DNA of 64,000 nucleotides from the NCBI RefSeq assembly GCF_006345805.1, contig NC_043015.1, positions 34,162,001 to 34,226,000 of the forward strand, in the 5' to 3' direction. The DNA comes from Octopus sinensis (taxonomy: Eukaryota). The notes beneath the pieces are model-generated. The model was not told the origin of the DNA and made no database searches. It worked only from the letters and a program-made list of their open reading frames with translations. Position numbers and translations under genes: made by a program. Position 1 is the first letter of the stretch; every line of letters begins with the position of its first letter. Below are positions 40,931-53,963 of the stretch, one piece after another.

Positions 40931-42058
40931 ACACGACAGAAGTAAATAGACACCTTTACAATCGTTAAAATTTATTTAAATCTGAAATTATACATTCAAA
41001 TTATTTGTTAATTGTTATAATGTGAATATTTAATATTTAGTAGACATGCCCTTTGCATTTTTCAATGCAAGGACCCCATTAGGTATGTTAATGATAAGAT
41101 GGCGAATATTCCCTTGCGGAATGTTTTGCCAAGTTTCATGCAGTAATCTCAAAAGATCTGGCTTTGAAGAGGCTTTCTTCTTTTTACGAAGTGACCCAGA
41201 GGTGTTCACTAGGGCTCGTATCTGGTGACTGGCTTGGCAATGGAAGCTTTCTAATGCCATTTTTATTCAACAAATCTTGGGCCATTTCAGCCATCTTACA
41301 TAAATAGTCTCCTTTAATCATTTCACCACTGGAGAAGATTGGACGGAGTCCATTCTGCAATGTGGACACATATGATCAACCATTGCTCCAAAATGCTCCC
41401 CAGACCATCACAGAATAACTACCGTGTTTCATTGTTGGCTGCCATCTTTTCACATTAAATTCTTGATCACAGAGTCTCCAGACCCACACTCGACCACTGT
41501 CAGGAAATACAGCAAATATGGATTCATCAAAGGATATCACATCATCCCAAAATGCTAGTGGCCTCTCCCTCATCTCACCGGCCTAATCTTTTCTTCACTT
41601 GGTCGAAGAAGTGGCTTCCTTCTTGCTGCTCTGCCATAGTAACCAAGTTTGTGGAGATAGCTGACAGCTGTTATGTCAGAGGCCTTGCAATGAGGATTAT
41701 CCTCCACACTTCTCTTAATAAAGAGAAGGGTCCTGTCTTAGGGCTCTGGTTGATCTGGATGAGGTGATGTGGGCTCTTTCCCCTCTCTAGGGAATTGCAC
41801 AATCACTCTATTAATTATAGAAAGCAGGATCCCCAGGTTTTCTGCGATTTTGCGCTATGTCCACCTTCAGATTGACCCACAATATGGCCTCTTTGAAATT
41901 TTGACAGTTCCAAGGCTTCCTTTGTACATGGAATGATTAAACAGTCATATAGAGAACCTGAAACATAAAAATGTCAATTAATAAAAAATATAAACCTTTA
42001 CAAATTAGAATAAACAGAAAACGAAGTTTTATTAGGTGTCTATTTACTTCTGTCGTGT
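40931..42058 (-). mobile_element. Tc1-family transposon with both TIRs and a pseudogenised transposase
   Basis: Perfect 25-bp IR acacgacagaagtaaatagacacct (40931-40955 / 42034-42058); [54 protein letters not shown]. Confidence 0.95.
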
Positions 42059-43914
42059 GTGTGTGTGTGTGTGTGTTATGCCACTGATGCTTTCTCTTCG
42101 CAGTATCTTCAACCCACATGCCTTTCCCTGATCAATGGACCGTCTGTCTCGTATTAGCCACGGTTTACTCAAACTCGTACTTCAAGGTTACAGAGTCCCT
42201 CCATTGTTTTGAGAAACAGACTGCATCACGTATTCCCTTTTCATCCTTTCATGATAAGGATGTACGCTGTGTTTTGGACACACCTCTTTCATTCTTCTTT
42301 CATTCTTCTTTCTCCTTCTTTTGTCTGGAGTTGGCCAATGTCCAACATTTCATTTTGGCTTGCAGCTTTAGCAAAGAATGAGTTACTGTCGATGCTTTGA
42401 TTTAATTAATTGCGGCTTCATTTATCAAATTATGACTGTCTGTGTTTACAATTGTGTCTGTTTATTTTGTTGTTATCTTTTGTTTATCTTCCTTTTTAAA
42501 TCTCTTTCCGGTTTCTAAAAATTAGTGGTGGGAGGCGTATTCACTGCTGCTACCTTTGTGGCAATTACTCCTCCCGCTACCCAGGAGTTGACCATAATGA
42601 ATAACAAATGATAAACTAAAAGTGAATATTAGTAAAAAAAAAATGGAAAATAATAGAAAAAAGGTTCAAGAATGTGCCTTCATTTGCACCTTAAAGAATT
42701 CGATGAACAAAAAAGGGGATTTTCTCACTTTTTATATGAGGAAAATCTTGGAAGAAAATTTCTTCGTCGCATTTTAGAAAACGTGACTGTTTCCAACAAA
42801 CAACAGTCTAAGATCACTTTGACGAATTACTCCACTTTCTCAATCGTAAATACCAAATCAAGGAGGTTTAGTGTCAGCGTACAGTCCACCTCTTACTGTA
42901 TTTATTTCTCAGTAATAAATATCAAACCAATACCGTCCACTCGAACTCTCGAGTGGAGTGCCACATGTTAAGGTGTTGCACCTTAATTTGTGCGAAACTG
43001 CGTGCTATGGGTCACACATAATAGGAGGAGCTACATGCTAGTAGCACCGCGTGCAAAGGCTGCAACATACTGGAGGACATCACGGCATGCGTTTGCGATC
43101 TTCAGTATACCTTTGTAAATGTGAAAATGTGAAAATGTGAAAACGAAATAAAAACAAGATGTCAAACTAGCTTGAGTTGGGTGAAGTCCATTGGATGAAG
43201 TGGATATTGCAGAATAATTATTTCCTGGATACGTAAAGCTTCCGACAGAAGCTGTTAGATTTATCGACAGTGATAACTTAAAGGATGTCATGTCGTGTAT
43301 ATGTTTACGATACTTATAACTGTGGTCACAAAAGAGAGAAGTGTTTATAAACTAAAAACATACATTCAGTAACCAATGATCCAATAGTATTTCTTCAATA
43401 GAAAATGGCATTTGAAAAATAGTAAAGAAAAGGCCATGAACAATGAAAACTTATGCAGATCTACGTTTTCATCAAGTGTTCTTTTGATCAAATTCTTCAA
43501 TTTATTAGAAGAAAATTCGTTTCATAAACAGGAAATCAACAGAATCCTTCAGAGTTTCTCTTTCCCATTTTAGTGTTTTTAAGAATAATCATTACGAGTA
43601 ATATAGATACGGTTTTTCTCTCTCCCTTAGTTGTAATAATAAAAGGATTTGAAACCGAGGTGTTGCATCTGAACTCATCAATTGTATCTATTGTAATAAG
43701 CACTTTATTCCTCTACCCACCAGGAAGACATACTCTTCAAACAAGCAGGAGTTCATCACTGTGAAACATGTAAATGAAAAGGCGTGTATGCATGTGTGTG
43801 TGCGTATGTGTGCGAATGTGTTTGCGCGTAGTAGCATGTGTGGGGGAGGGTCGTAAAAGATAACCATGCTCTTCACCGAAAGTATCCAATTATTTAAACG
43901 CGCGGCTGTCGAAA

Positions 43915-44050
43915 TACATCGAGTTTCATTAGAACTTCGGCATTCAGTTCACATCTTTGCGTCGTGAGCTCAAATCCCGCCAAAGTCAACTTTGTCATTC
44001 ATCTTTTGGCGGTCGATAGATAAAGTACTAGTCACATAGTGGGGTCGATT
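43915..44050 (+). mobile_element. SINE family B, degraded
   Basis: gagctcaaatcccgccaaagtcaactttgtcattcatcttttggcggtcgata..aagtactagtc..ggggtcgat. Confidence 0.75.
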
Positions 44051-44209
44051 TTTCTCTCTTGAAATCGACAGATGTTGCCCCTTGAGAAGGATCGTGAGAA
44101 GACGTGGCGAAAGGGTGAATGAAGATTTAACAACATCCAGTCACAATAAAACTAAGGTGGTACTGGAACTGTCTAAGGACGGAGCGATATGAAGTGTGGT
44201 AAGGAAGGA

Positions 44210-44528
44210 GTGAAGGCTCGTGGCTTAGTGGTTAGGGTATTTGACTCACGATCATAAAGTCATGCGTTCGATTTCCAGTGGCGTATCGTGCCCTTGATCA
44301 AGACACTTTATTTCACGTTGGTCCAGCTGGCAAAAAGGAGTTGTACCTGTATTTCAAAGAGCCAGGTCTGTCATATTCGGTGTCGCACTGAATTTTCTTG
44401 AGTACTACGTTAAGGGTACGCGTGTCTCCGGAGTACTCAGCCACTTGTACGCTAATTTCACTAGCAAGCTGTTCCGTTGATCGGGATCAACTGGAACCCT
44501 CGTCGTCGTCGCAACCGACGGAGTGCCA
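44210..44528 (+). mobile_element. tRNA-derived SINE family C
   Basis: Head tggcttagtggttagggta..gttcgatttcc; body gttgtacctgtatttcaaag..actacgttaagggtac..ggaaccctcgtcgtcg aligns to 46718-47105 (minus). Confidence 0.9.
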
Positions 44529-46717
44529 GTTAGTTTATAGAACGGCAAGTAAAAACATACGAAAACATCTTAACCAAATAAATACGCCTTGATATATCAC
44601 TGGTGATTAATTTAAAGTCGAAACCTTTTAAGATGAAACCGGCTGACCTCAGCAAATTATATAGATAATGTTAAACTAGGTTATGACTGTAGTTCAGCAA
44701 TTTAATGTGTCTCTCTGATCAATTGTAACTCTACCATTAACATCGATTTTTTATAATGATTAAATCTCTCTAGGCTACCAGCACGATAATAAAGTATCAA
44801 CCAGGTCTGAATGTATTTAGCCAGAGGGTCAGTTGACTTGTAATAACATGACGAAACCTCAATAAACTCTCATTGTAACACGATAGAGATGAGGAGAGAA
44901 AAAGCATGACATCAAATGAACTGAAGTAATAGAGTCGACCACTGATTACTTCTCAGTAGATTCAGCAAACGCCAGTGGGTATATACGCGTCTGCACACAC
45001 ACAGCCATACACGTCCATACATACGTCTATGAGTGGGTGTGCATGTGCGTGTCGTTTACTGTTTTACTTGCATATAATCTATTATATATAACTAGAAACA
45101 TAAGGCGTATGTATGTGCTGCATTTATGTGTGTATGCGTGCAAGTGTGCAGTAATGCGCGCGTGCACGGGCATACGTTTGTCTCTACACTTAGTTTTAAA
45201 AGACTCCTACAACAGGATTTTAGATGGAACGGGATCGGAAATTCTGCCTATGTTAGTAATATAAGAGGTGGTCGGAAGGCATAAAAACAGATCATGGATG
45301 CATTTTCCCTCATTCAGATTACGGTTCGACTCACTCCCGAACCGAAACATTTTTGCTATAATTCGCGCGCGCACACACACAAACAAACAAACAAACAAAC
45401 AATTACCTTCGAAACACGCTGGAGTCGAACTAGTGACAGCTGATGAAGGGGATTTTTCCTTGTGTAGTATGTCCTGTACTCTGTTTTTCTGTTGTAAAAA
45501 AATGGCTTTTCCGTTTTCGTTTCTCGTCGAGTTCCACGTCTAGTTGTGGTGTCCTGTACTCACGTATATATATTTATATATGCATGTATATATACATGTA
45601 GATGTAGGTACGTACATATATGTTTGTATGTATGCATATATTTTATTTATTACACTATATATATATATATATATACGTACACGTGCTTGCACTCATTCGT
45701 AGGCAGATTCACACCTCTCACATACATCCGAATATGCACTCATACATACATACATATATACATATATAATATATATACATGATATAAATATAATATTATA
45801 TCATAATATATTATTCCTAACTATAGATCTGGGGAACAACGCAGTTTGCTTTGCATCTACGATCGCTGCTGCATATGTTTCGGTTAACCTGGTATTATTG
45901 ATGTCTGTGTTTGTCTTAATTCTGTGATGGGTTCTTTTTGGATTCTTGGCCAGTATTCTCTAAATGATGATGCAGGCAGCTTTTTTTATGTTTCGTTATT
46001 CAGTTTCTTCGTAGACAACATGTCATTTCTTTTCAAGTTTTCCCTGTGTTCGTTGTTTGTTTTACATTAGCTATTATTTTTGTTTTTGTGATGAATTGTT
46101 TCTTTCAAATTCTAATATTTTTCGATTGAAGAACGTATTATCTTAATTTACCCAAACTGCTGGAAGCCAGCTTTATACTTTCGATCTGAATGAATAGAAG
46201 AAAACTAAAGCCTTCAATGACAGAACAAATTGACAAAAATGAAGGTGCTAAAGTTTCAAACAGCAAAATTCAATATTTGATGTGTTATAAATGGTTACAA
46301 TATTCAGTGATCTTACACCATATATAAACACATCATCAAAGCACAGATCATACCAACACTAGGCCGATTCAGTCCTCCTCCACCTCACACAAAATCGTCA
46401 CCAAATACAAATAAAACTGTTACCACTCGGTCAAGGTTATTCATAGTTAAATGCGTACTTTAAATCTGAGGCAGCAAAAATGCGGAAAATACGACATCAC
46501 CAGAAACAAGTTAAAATTCGATAAAAATGATAAAAATTTCAATGAATGTTTGGACATTACTCAAGTTTTTGCAAATAAAATAGAAAAGCATAAATGGACA
46601 GAAGAGGAATATGTTTCTCTTCTGTGCATATCTTACAAAGTAGCTCTTTCCTTACGTCCCGTTAAAAAAAACAAAACGAAACCACGACAATATATTCGTG
46701 TATAAATTCGAGAATGT

Positions 46718-47105
46718 GTGTAGAAGCACTCCGTCGGTCACGACGACGAGGGTTCCGGTTGATCCGAATCAACGGAACAGCCTGCTCGTGAAATTAACGT
46801 GTAAGTGGCTGAGCACTCCATAGACACGTGCACCCTTAACGTAGTTCTCGGAGATATTCAGCATGACACAGAGAGTGACAAGGCCGGCCCTTTGAAATAC
46901 AGGTACAACAGAAACAGGAAGTAAGAGTGAGAGAAAGTTGTGGTGAAAGAGTACAGCAGGGATCACCACCATCCCCTGCCGGAGCCTCGTGGAGCTTTAG
47001 GTGTTTTCGCTCAATAAACACTCACAACGCCCGGTCTGGGAATCGAAATCGCGATCCTATGACCGCGAGTCCGCTGCCCTAACCACTGGGCCATTGCGCC
47101 TCCAC
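46718..47105 (-). mobile_element. SINE family C, full length, with 12-bp target-site duplication
   Basis: attcgagaatgt at 46706-46717 and 47106-47117; A-box tggcccagtgg and B-box-like tttcgattcc on minus strand. Confidence 0.95.
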
Positions 47106-47574
47106 ATTCGAGAATGTAACGTGTGGATAACATATTCGTAAGAACGTCTGATAAATATACTCTGTAGAATTTGGTTCCATCACTTTGAAGCTGCGTATCT
47201 TAGAAGTTATGATATTCGACCCATGACCATATTTTGGAACTGCACCTAGAAAGGCTATTATAATTTTATTCATTTCCTTGTCTTTCTTTTCTTAATGACC
47301 AAATTTAGGACGTTTATATTACTTATGAGATATTCTATATTTTTCAGCTTTAGTGTTGTTGGCTCTCAAGGTGGTGCTACAAACCTAGCAACATGTGTTT
47401 TATAGTGAAAACAAAATTTCCATTCAAATGGTAATTACAGGACGATTTTCTGTTCGAGTCTAACCGTTTTCAGTCATAGTAGAAACGCGACTTATGTCGC
47501 AAATAGCCATACAAACATTGTATAAATTTCATAATTGAAAAATTTACTATATTTTATACATGTAAGTATACCAA

Positions 47575-47641
47575 CCTGCGGGCGCAATAAAATGGACTCG
47601 TGGGCGCAATTGCACCCGCGGACGGGGGTTCCCTATTCCTG
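47575..47641 (-). mobile_element. hAT-like MITE terminal fragment
   Basis: Minus strand caggaatagggaacccccgtccgcgggtgcaattgcgccc resembles CAGGGGTGGGGAACC..ggcccgcgggcc hAT/Charlie-type ends (recalled). Confidence 0.4.
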
Positions 47642-48661
47642 TTCTATATAAACGTATAAATATACAAGATAGAATACATGTTTATACAACAGGAATCATA
47701 GCACATGGAATTATACAGGTATTTACGCGGTTTCATCCATATACACACAATAAACATAGTAACACGGATCATAACGCACACACTCATTTGAACAAATGTT
47801 TTATATGCACACACTGCAATGTATAGATACTCATTTAACAAAGCAAACAGAAGCGCACACGAACTCAAACGCACGCACACCCGGACTCCAACGTATCGCT
47901 ATGCCACTGGATGAATAATTTCAACTCGGATAAATTATTTTAAAGCTTTGCTTTCGTTTTTTCTTTTTTAATCAATTATATAGCAAAGATGTGAAGGGAA
48001 TAATTTAAAGTCAATTTCATCCTATAGAATTGTATTTATCCAGTGATTTCTATTGGCTCTTGGAAGTCATGCAGCAATATTTAACAGGTTTTTCAAACCA
48101 AACTGCAAATTCAATGAATCAAAAAAAGGAAATAAAAAATAAATCTTTATTTTTCAAATAATTATATATGATTAGAAGGTTGCCAACTGTAGCCTTTCCG
48201 TCGATCTTTCTCTCTTCATATATTGACATCAAAACGTATCGTAGCAAAAGCATTCGATGTACTGAAAATATAATAGGTTTCTGTTTTATTACTGCAAATA
48301 GCGGCAACGTTTCCACTTTGAGGATGCAAAAGAGGACAATCTGATGACTCTATTGTTGAATGCGAGTTAGGAAAGTGAAAGTGTTGGGTAGTTATAAATA
48401 TCCAATTCGTTTGAATGAGTGATAAAGGGAGAAAAAAATGAACTGAGGTGAGAGGAGTTGAATATATGTTGAAGAAAGTAGAGTAAAACGTGGAAAAGTG
48501 AAAAAGGAGGCGAACGAAAGGAATTTAAAATAGAAAATGGAAGAAATGATACAATGTGAAGTAGATGAAGTAGGTTTTTAATAGACTGATTGCTGTGTAT
48601 TGAATGGCGTGTGATATCGTTTAGTATCGATAAAAATAGATTATAATATTACAGAGGTGTG

Positions 48662-48775
48662 AAAGGTGGCGTCCCGGCCGAATCGTTAAAAACAATGGGT
48701 GAAATTCTTCGCTGGATTTCGTCTGCCCTTACGTTCTGTGTTCAGTTTTTGCTGAGGTCGATCTTACCTTTTTCT
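48662..48775 (+). mobile_element. SINE family B, degraded 5' part
   Basis: ggccgaatcgtta..atttcgtctgcccttacgttctgtgttcag..gaggtcgatcttacctt aligns to 38520-38580. Confidence 0.75.
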
Positions 48776-48891
48776 TTCTTTTTTCGGAGTCGATGTCACT
48801 CCCGACTTCCGTTGACCCTTTGCAATGTACACATTTGTCGATCCTGTCTATTTTCCATCTGCTGTAATTATGAATATGCATCGATCTTATA

Positions 48892-49155
48892 ATGGGTGGC
48901 CTGTCAAGTGCGGTTTCCCAGCTGGGCAGTGGTATCGGCTTTTATGTGCAAGAACTGGCCAAAAGAGTCATCACCGATATTACCATAATGGAAGCGTTCA
49001 GCAAAGAACAAAACAAAAATTCTCGGATACGAGATAAAACCCGACAACGACGACAATCAGTCAATCATTTATATTATCTCCTCGCTGACATGGGAACTGA
49101 CTGGGACGCTGCTCAATGGATCGCCCGGGAGGACCCAGAATTATACCGACAATTG
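48892..49155 (+). CDS. Candidate coding exon of an unidentified protein
   Basis: Non-repetitive ORF (ataATGG context), 88 codons ending exactly at a phase-0 GTGAGT donor (49156); no family recognised. Confidence 0.3.
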
Positions 49156-49508
49156 GTGAGTAACGCACTGCAACCCCCCCCCCCCACCTGACCTATATTT
49201 TGAGATTGTTTCCCCCACCATGGAATTGTTTGGTGTGAGACTAGTCTATGTTCACAACAATGACATAACCTCTGTGCTGGTGTTAAGAAGTTTTCAAAAA
49301 TACCAACGTAATTCGTTTGATACCGATGAAGATTAAACAACGGTGGTTAGTTCAGTGGCAGGAAGTGATGGTCGTTTTAGTGTAATGGTTATCGCCGTCG
49401 AACGGTATTCGACAGATAAGTGCTTTATTTCCTGTTAGTGATTCTTTCCTATTTTCCCGATTTTTGTGTTTGAGGACGCACTCAAATCTTAAATCTCTAT
49501 ATTATATT

Positions 49509-49565
<57 letters not shown>

Positions 49566-49587
49566 GTGTGTGTGTGTGTATGTGTGT

Positions 49588-49629
<42 letters not shown>

Positions 49630-50514
49630 TGTGTGTGAAACTTTAGCTTCTGTATTTTCGTTCTTCTTTTGTAGCTTAAAACCAGGTCAGCCTCGATGCT
49701 CCAGTATATTTCATCCTTAATTATTCTCTGTTTTCTCTATATCCCGGGTTACGTTATCTTAAGACAGCAGGTTGTGATTTCCCTGCTATTTCTAGCGCAT
49801 CTAAGCAATGCAGAGCCTTTCCCGTTGGTTCGTTGCTTACCTCTTGTAGTGGTTTGTAATTATTTCCTCCCGCCACACCCCGCCCCACCATACACCCAAT
49901 TTTTCAATATTTTAACAATCATAAAACACATTTCTACAATGTCAGTCGGGAGAAGATATTTCACTGTTTCTAATGAAATCAGTAACTCTTCTAATTGATC
50001 TACTTCTATTGAACTGCTCACACTCAATAATCAATAAATAGCCAGGGTGATTGCTTTAATATATATTGAAAAGGTTCTAGGTTCTATGTAATCGATCTAA
50101 TTGTTGTTGAGAAAAGTTGTATTCCAACAGAATACCCTCCTCCTCTCCCTCGATTCGCCATTTGCAGAAGTTTAGGTGACATAGTACTGTAGATATTAGA
50201 AAACTGTTTGACCTTTGGTTGAACTGTGAGTAGCATATTACTGGTATCTACCAGAGGGCGGTGAAGTGTCAAGGAAAGCATATTACTTGTGGCATGCCGT
50301 TGGATTGCCACAAAGGAGGTCCTTAACCAAGTAATCAACGGTCGTTGTCATCGTTGTTCACCCCCAGGTCAGTTGCCATTGCGTAAAATTAAGCTCAAGA
50401 GAGAAGCTACTCTGACTATCTTTCTTGGTGTATCTAGGACAACATATTCTCATGTGCTCTTCTTTTTTTCTAAGACAGTAGTCTGTGAGTTGAGCGAATT
50501 TGCTTGCTATTTAT

Positions 50515-50770
50515 AACATAAGAGAGAGTATCTGATCGAGAGAGTATTTGAGATTAGAGAGTATACCTGATATAAGAGAGAGAAAGAGATAGACAATGGT
50601 GGAGAGAAAGAATCGGATAATATCTGATATTAAGGTGAGTATCTGACGCTAAAAATTTCGAAATTAGAAAGATTATATCTGACATGAAGAGAGTATTTGA
50701 CAGAGAAGACATTCGGTAGAGTATGAGGCATTTGAAAGAGTATTTGATATTAGAGCGATTATGTGGAATA
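50515..50770. repeat. Degenerate minisatellite, gagagtat(c/t)tga motif
   Basis: Motif variants recur roughly 7-8 times. Confidence 0.6.
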
Positions 50771-50847
50771 TTATAGAGACCTGGAAATAATAGAGGGAGG
50801 TTGTTGGTGTTTTAAAGTGATGTTGAAACATGTAAGCATCTTTTAGG

Positions 50848-51405
50848 GTATGTATGTATGTATGTATGTATGTATGTGTGTGTGGGTATGTATGTATGTA
50901 TGTATGTATGTTTTTATGTATGTATGTTTGTATGTATGTATGTTTGTATGCATGTATGTATGTATGTTTGTATGTTTTTATGTATGTATGTTTGTATGTA
51001 TGTATGTTTGTATGTTTGTATGTATGTATGTATGTATGTATGTATGTATGTATGTATGTATGTATGTATGCATGTTTGTATGTATGTATGCATGTTTGTA
51101 TGTATGTATGTATGTATGTTTGTATGTATGTATGTATGTATGTTTGTATGTATGTTTGTATGTATGTATGTTTGTGTGTATGCATGTATGTATGTATGTA
51201 TGTATGTATGTGTGTATGTATGCATGTATGTATGTATGTGTGTATGTTTTTATGTATGTATGTATGTATGTATGTATGCATGTATGTACGTATGTATGTA
51301 TGTGTGTATGTATGCATGTATGTATGTATGTGTGTATGTTTTTATGTATGTATGTATGCATGTATGTATGTACGTATGTATGTATGTATGTATGTGTGTG
51401 TGTAC
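50848..51405. repeat. (TGTA)n array with tgtt/tgca variants
   Basis: Directly visible. Confidence 0.98.
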
Positions 51406-51855
51406 AAGAGGTAAAATATGTTGGGTTTGGAGTTCTAAGTGAGAACTGGAATTGACCTCATTTGCCGCCTGCCTGTCACTGGGAATAGATAAAAACCATT
51501 CAGATTTCGGTTTATTCTTTCCAAACAACATTGGAATATTGTGTATAGTTAAGAAATCAATACCCTTCTTATTACTTGTTCCGTTTGATTCGTATCGTCG
51601 GTTAATTCGTTCGTTTTTTTATTCTTCTATTCCTGTAGCCTTTCGTTCTTCTATTCCTCCTTCAGATCGTTTGTCCTTAAATCTCACAATCATTTCTATG
51701 CTCTCCGTGTAACTAAATAGTGTTGCTGTCTTACTTTTTATCACAAATCGTTTCACACTTTCCGCCCATAACATTTATCATGCATTTAACAATGCAACAG
51801 ATTCTAAAGAGGTTCCAAGAAGATGCCAGGTTAAAGATTGGAAACAGAAAGACAA

Positions 51856-51896
<41 letters not shown>

Positions 51897-52439
51897 AAGA
51901 GAATAAGGACTAGAAAAGAAAAAAGAAAAGAATGAGAGGGAATGGAAAAGGAGGGTAGAAAAAGGAGAGTGAGGTAAATGTGCGAATTGGAATATAGATT
52001 CTTTACAGGTGCATTCAAAAGTGAAGAAGTGGGTGTGGTTGGGGAGCTGAAAAATAGGGGAAAGGATAGAAAGAGATAGAAAGACAGTGTTATGATAATC
52101 GTAAAGAAGAAGGAGAGACAGAGTGAGTAAATCAATGGGAAATGGAAAAAAACAGGAGAGAGGGGGAACAAATAGAGGAGAGCGTCAACATATCGCGTGA
52201 ATAAATATTATTTTATCTGTAGAACTTTGGCGACAATATGTAAATTACCAAAGCGTATACCACCACCCCGAACACAAACACACACACACACACACTCGCA
52301 TGTATATTCATACACACGTATATACATACATACATACATACATACATACATACATACATACATGCACTCACACACACACACTCATTGTAACTGTTTTGTT
52401 CTGAATATCCGCTCCGTTTCACCCTTTATTTTCCATCTT

Positions 52440-52800
52440 TTACTCTTTTCAGTCATTGGAGTGCCACAATGAAGGGCCAGCGCCTTGAAGGGTTTTAATC
52501 GAACCGATCATCAGGACATGTTTTTTAAAGCCTAATAGTTATTCTATCGGTCTATTGCTGAATAGCTAAGTTACGGGAACGCAAACATACCATCACCGGT
52601 TCTCAAGCGGTGGTCGGAAACAGAAACATACACAGACACGCGTACGCACACACACACACACACACACAAATATATACACATGTATATAATACATACGACA
52701 GGCTTCTTTCAGTTTCCGTCTACGAAATCCACTCACAAGGCTTTGGTCGGATCGAGGCTATGGTAGGAGAGACTTGCCCAAGGTGCCGCACACTGGGACT
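52440..52800 (-). mobile_element. SINE family A, 3' part (head likely displaced to 53998-54062 by an RTE insertion)
   Basis: Matches family A up to gtgccgcacactgggact; aaaccccaaaccatggggctgggaagcaagc..cacaaagccac at ~54010-54060 is the missing head. Confidence 0.85.
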
Positions 52801-53963
52801 CATCATCATCCTTCGACTAACCTATAGTTGGTCGGAACTCCATTGACAATCCCCTTCCACATTACACGGTCCTGCATTGCTGTGTTCATATCTCTAATAT
52901 CCAGCCCCGAGTCCCGAAATATAGTGTCTGGAAATGTGAGATTCCTGGAGAAAACACTTCCAGAGGGTTCCATAGGAGCAGACATGACAAAACCTCTTTT
53001 TCTGCTTGATGACAGAGGTCAGCAAATTGTGGCCGTTTCTGCTTTGGCTTGAGAAATTTTGGTATCAGATTTCCGTAGATGTTACTAAGTGTTGGGTGAG
53101 ATCCCCAATTAATGTTCTGTATCTTTCTGGGCAGGTTGGTATATGTTCTATCTTGTTGTTTTGCTAAGAGATCCGATAAGGTCCAGAGATCGATAAGGTC
53201 CAGAGATCGATAAGGTCCAGAGATCGATAAGGTCCAGAGATCGATAAGGTCTCTGATCCATAGAGAAGGACCGGCTCAATCAGTGTTCTAAATATTTTAA
53301 CTTTTAACGTGGGTGGAAGGTTTCAGTGCCAGATCTTATCAAGTCTGTTGCATGCATCCCAAGCAAGAGTTTTGCGGATGCGAAACTCCTTTTGGGAGTC
53401 TACTATGTGTGATCCAAGATATTTGAAGTCGTCAACGTTTTTGACTGATATATTATTGAGCGATTTAAGTTCAGTTAACTTGGAGAAGGTCGTGATGAAC
53501 TCTGTCTTTTGTTGCAGTAAAGGCCGACCTGGTTTGCTGCTTTCTCCAGTAACAAAGATTCTGCATCAAGGCAAGATCGTCAGCAAAGTCAAGATTAGTT
53601 AAATAGTGTGCACAATGCCGACTGCTCTGGCGGGGTTTCAAAAGGAGACCTTTTTCCTCCATACCATCTAGGGAAATGCGTAGAACATAGTCAAGAACAA
53701 TGATGAAGAAGAAAGGAGCGAGTGTGTCACCTTGCAGAACACCTGCTTCAACTTCAAAGAAATCAGTCTCTCCATCAGGAGATATAACTTTGGCAGTGGT
53801 GTTTGAGTACAGCGCTCTGATAGCATCGACAATCCTGGGAGGAATACCATAGAGTGAAAGGATTCTAAACAAGATCTCTACTGATGGAATCAAATGTTTT
53901 GCGGAAGTCGACAAAACAGATTGTGACGTTCTTGTCAAATTTCTTCATTTCTTCCAGTAAGTA
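52801..53963 (-). mobile_element. 5'-truncated RTE-clade LINE (RT domain to 3' end, (GAT)n tail)
   Basis: ICFVDFRKTFDSI; YGIPPRIVDAIRALY; AGVLQGDTLAPFFFIIVLDYV; LDFADDLAL; FKYLGS; PVLLYGSET; tail gtcgaaggatgatgatg. Confidence 0.95.
53175..53251. repeat. 17-bp minisatellite (gataaggtccagagatc) x4.5 inside the RTE ORF
   Basis: Exact units at 53175, 53192, 53209, 53226; partial unit at 53243. Confidence 0.97.

Noticed and set aside
45405-45450. ccttcGAAAC...CTGATGAagggg as a permuted hammerhead (similar CTGATGAagg at ~59904)
   Set aside because: Stem I cannot form and no GAAA follows CUGAUGA
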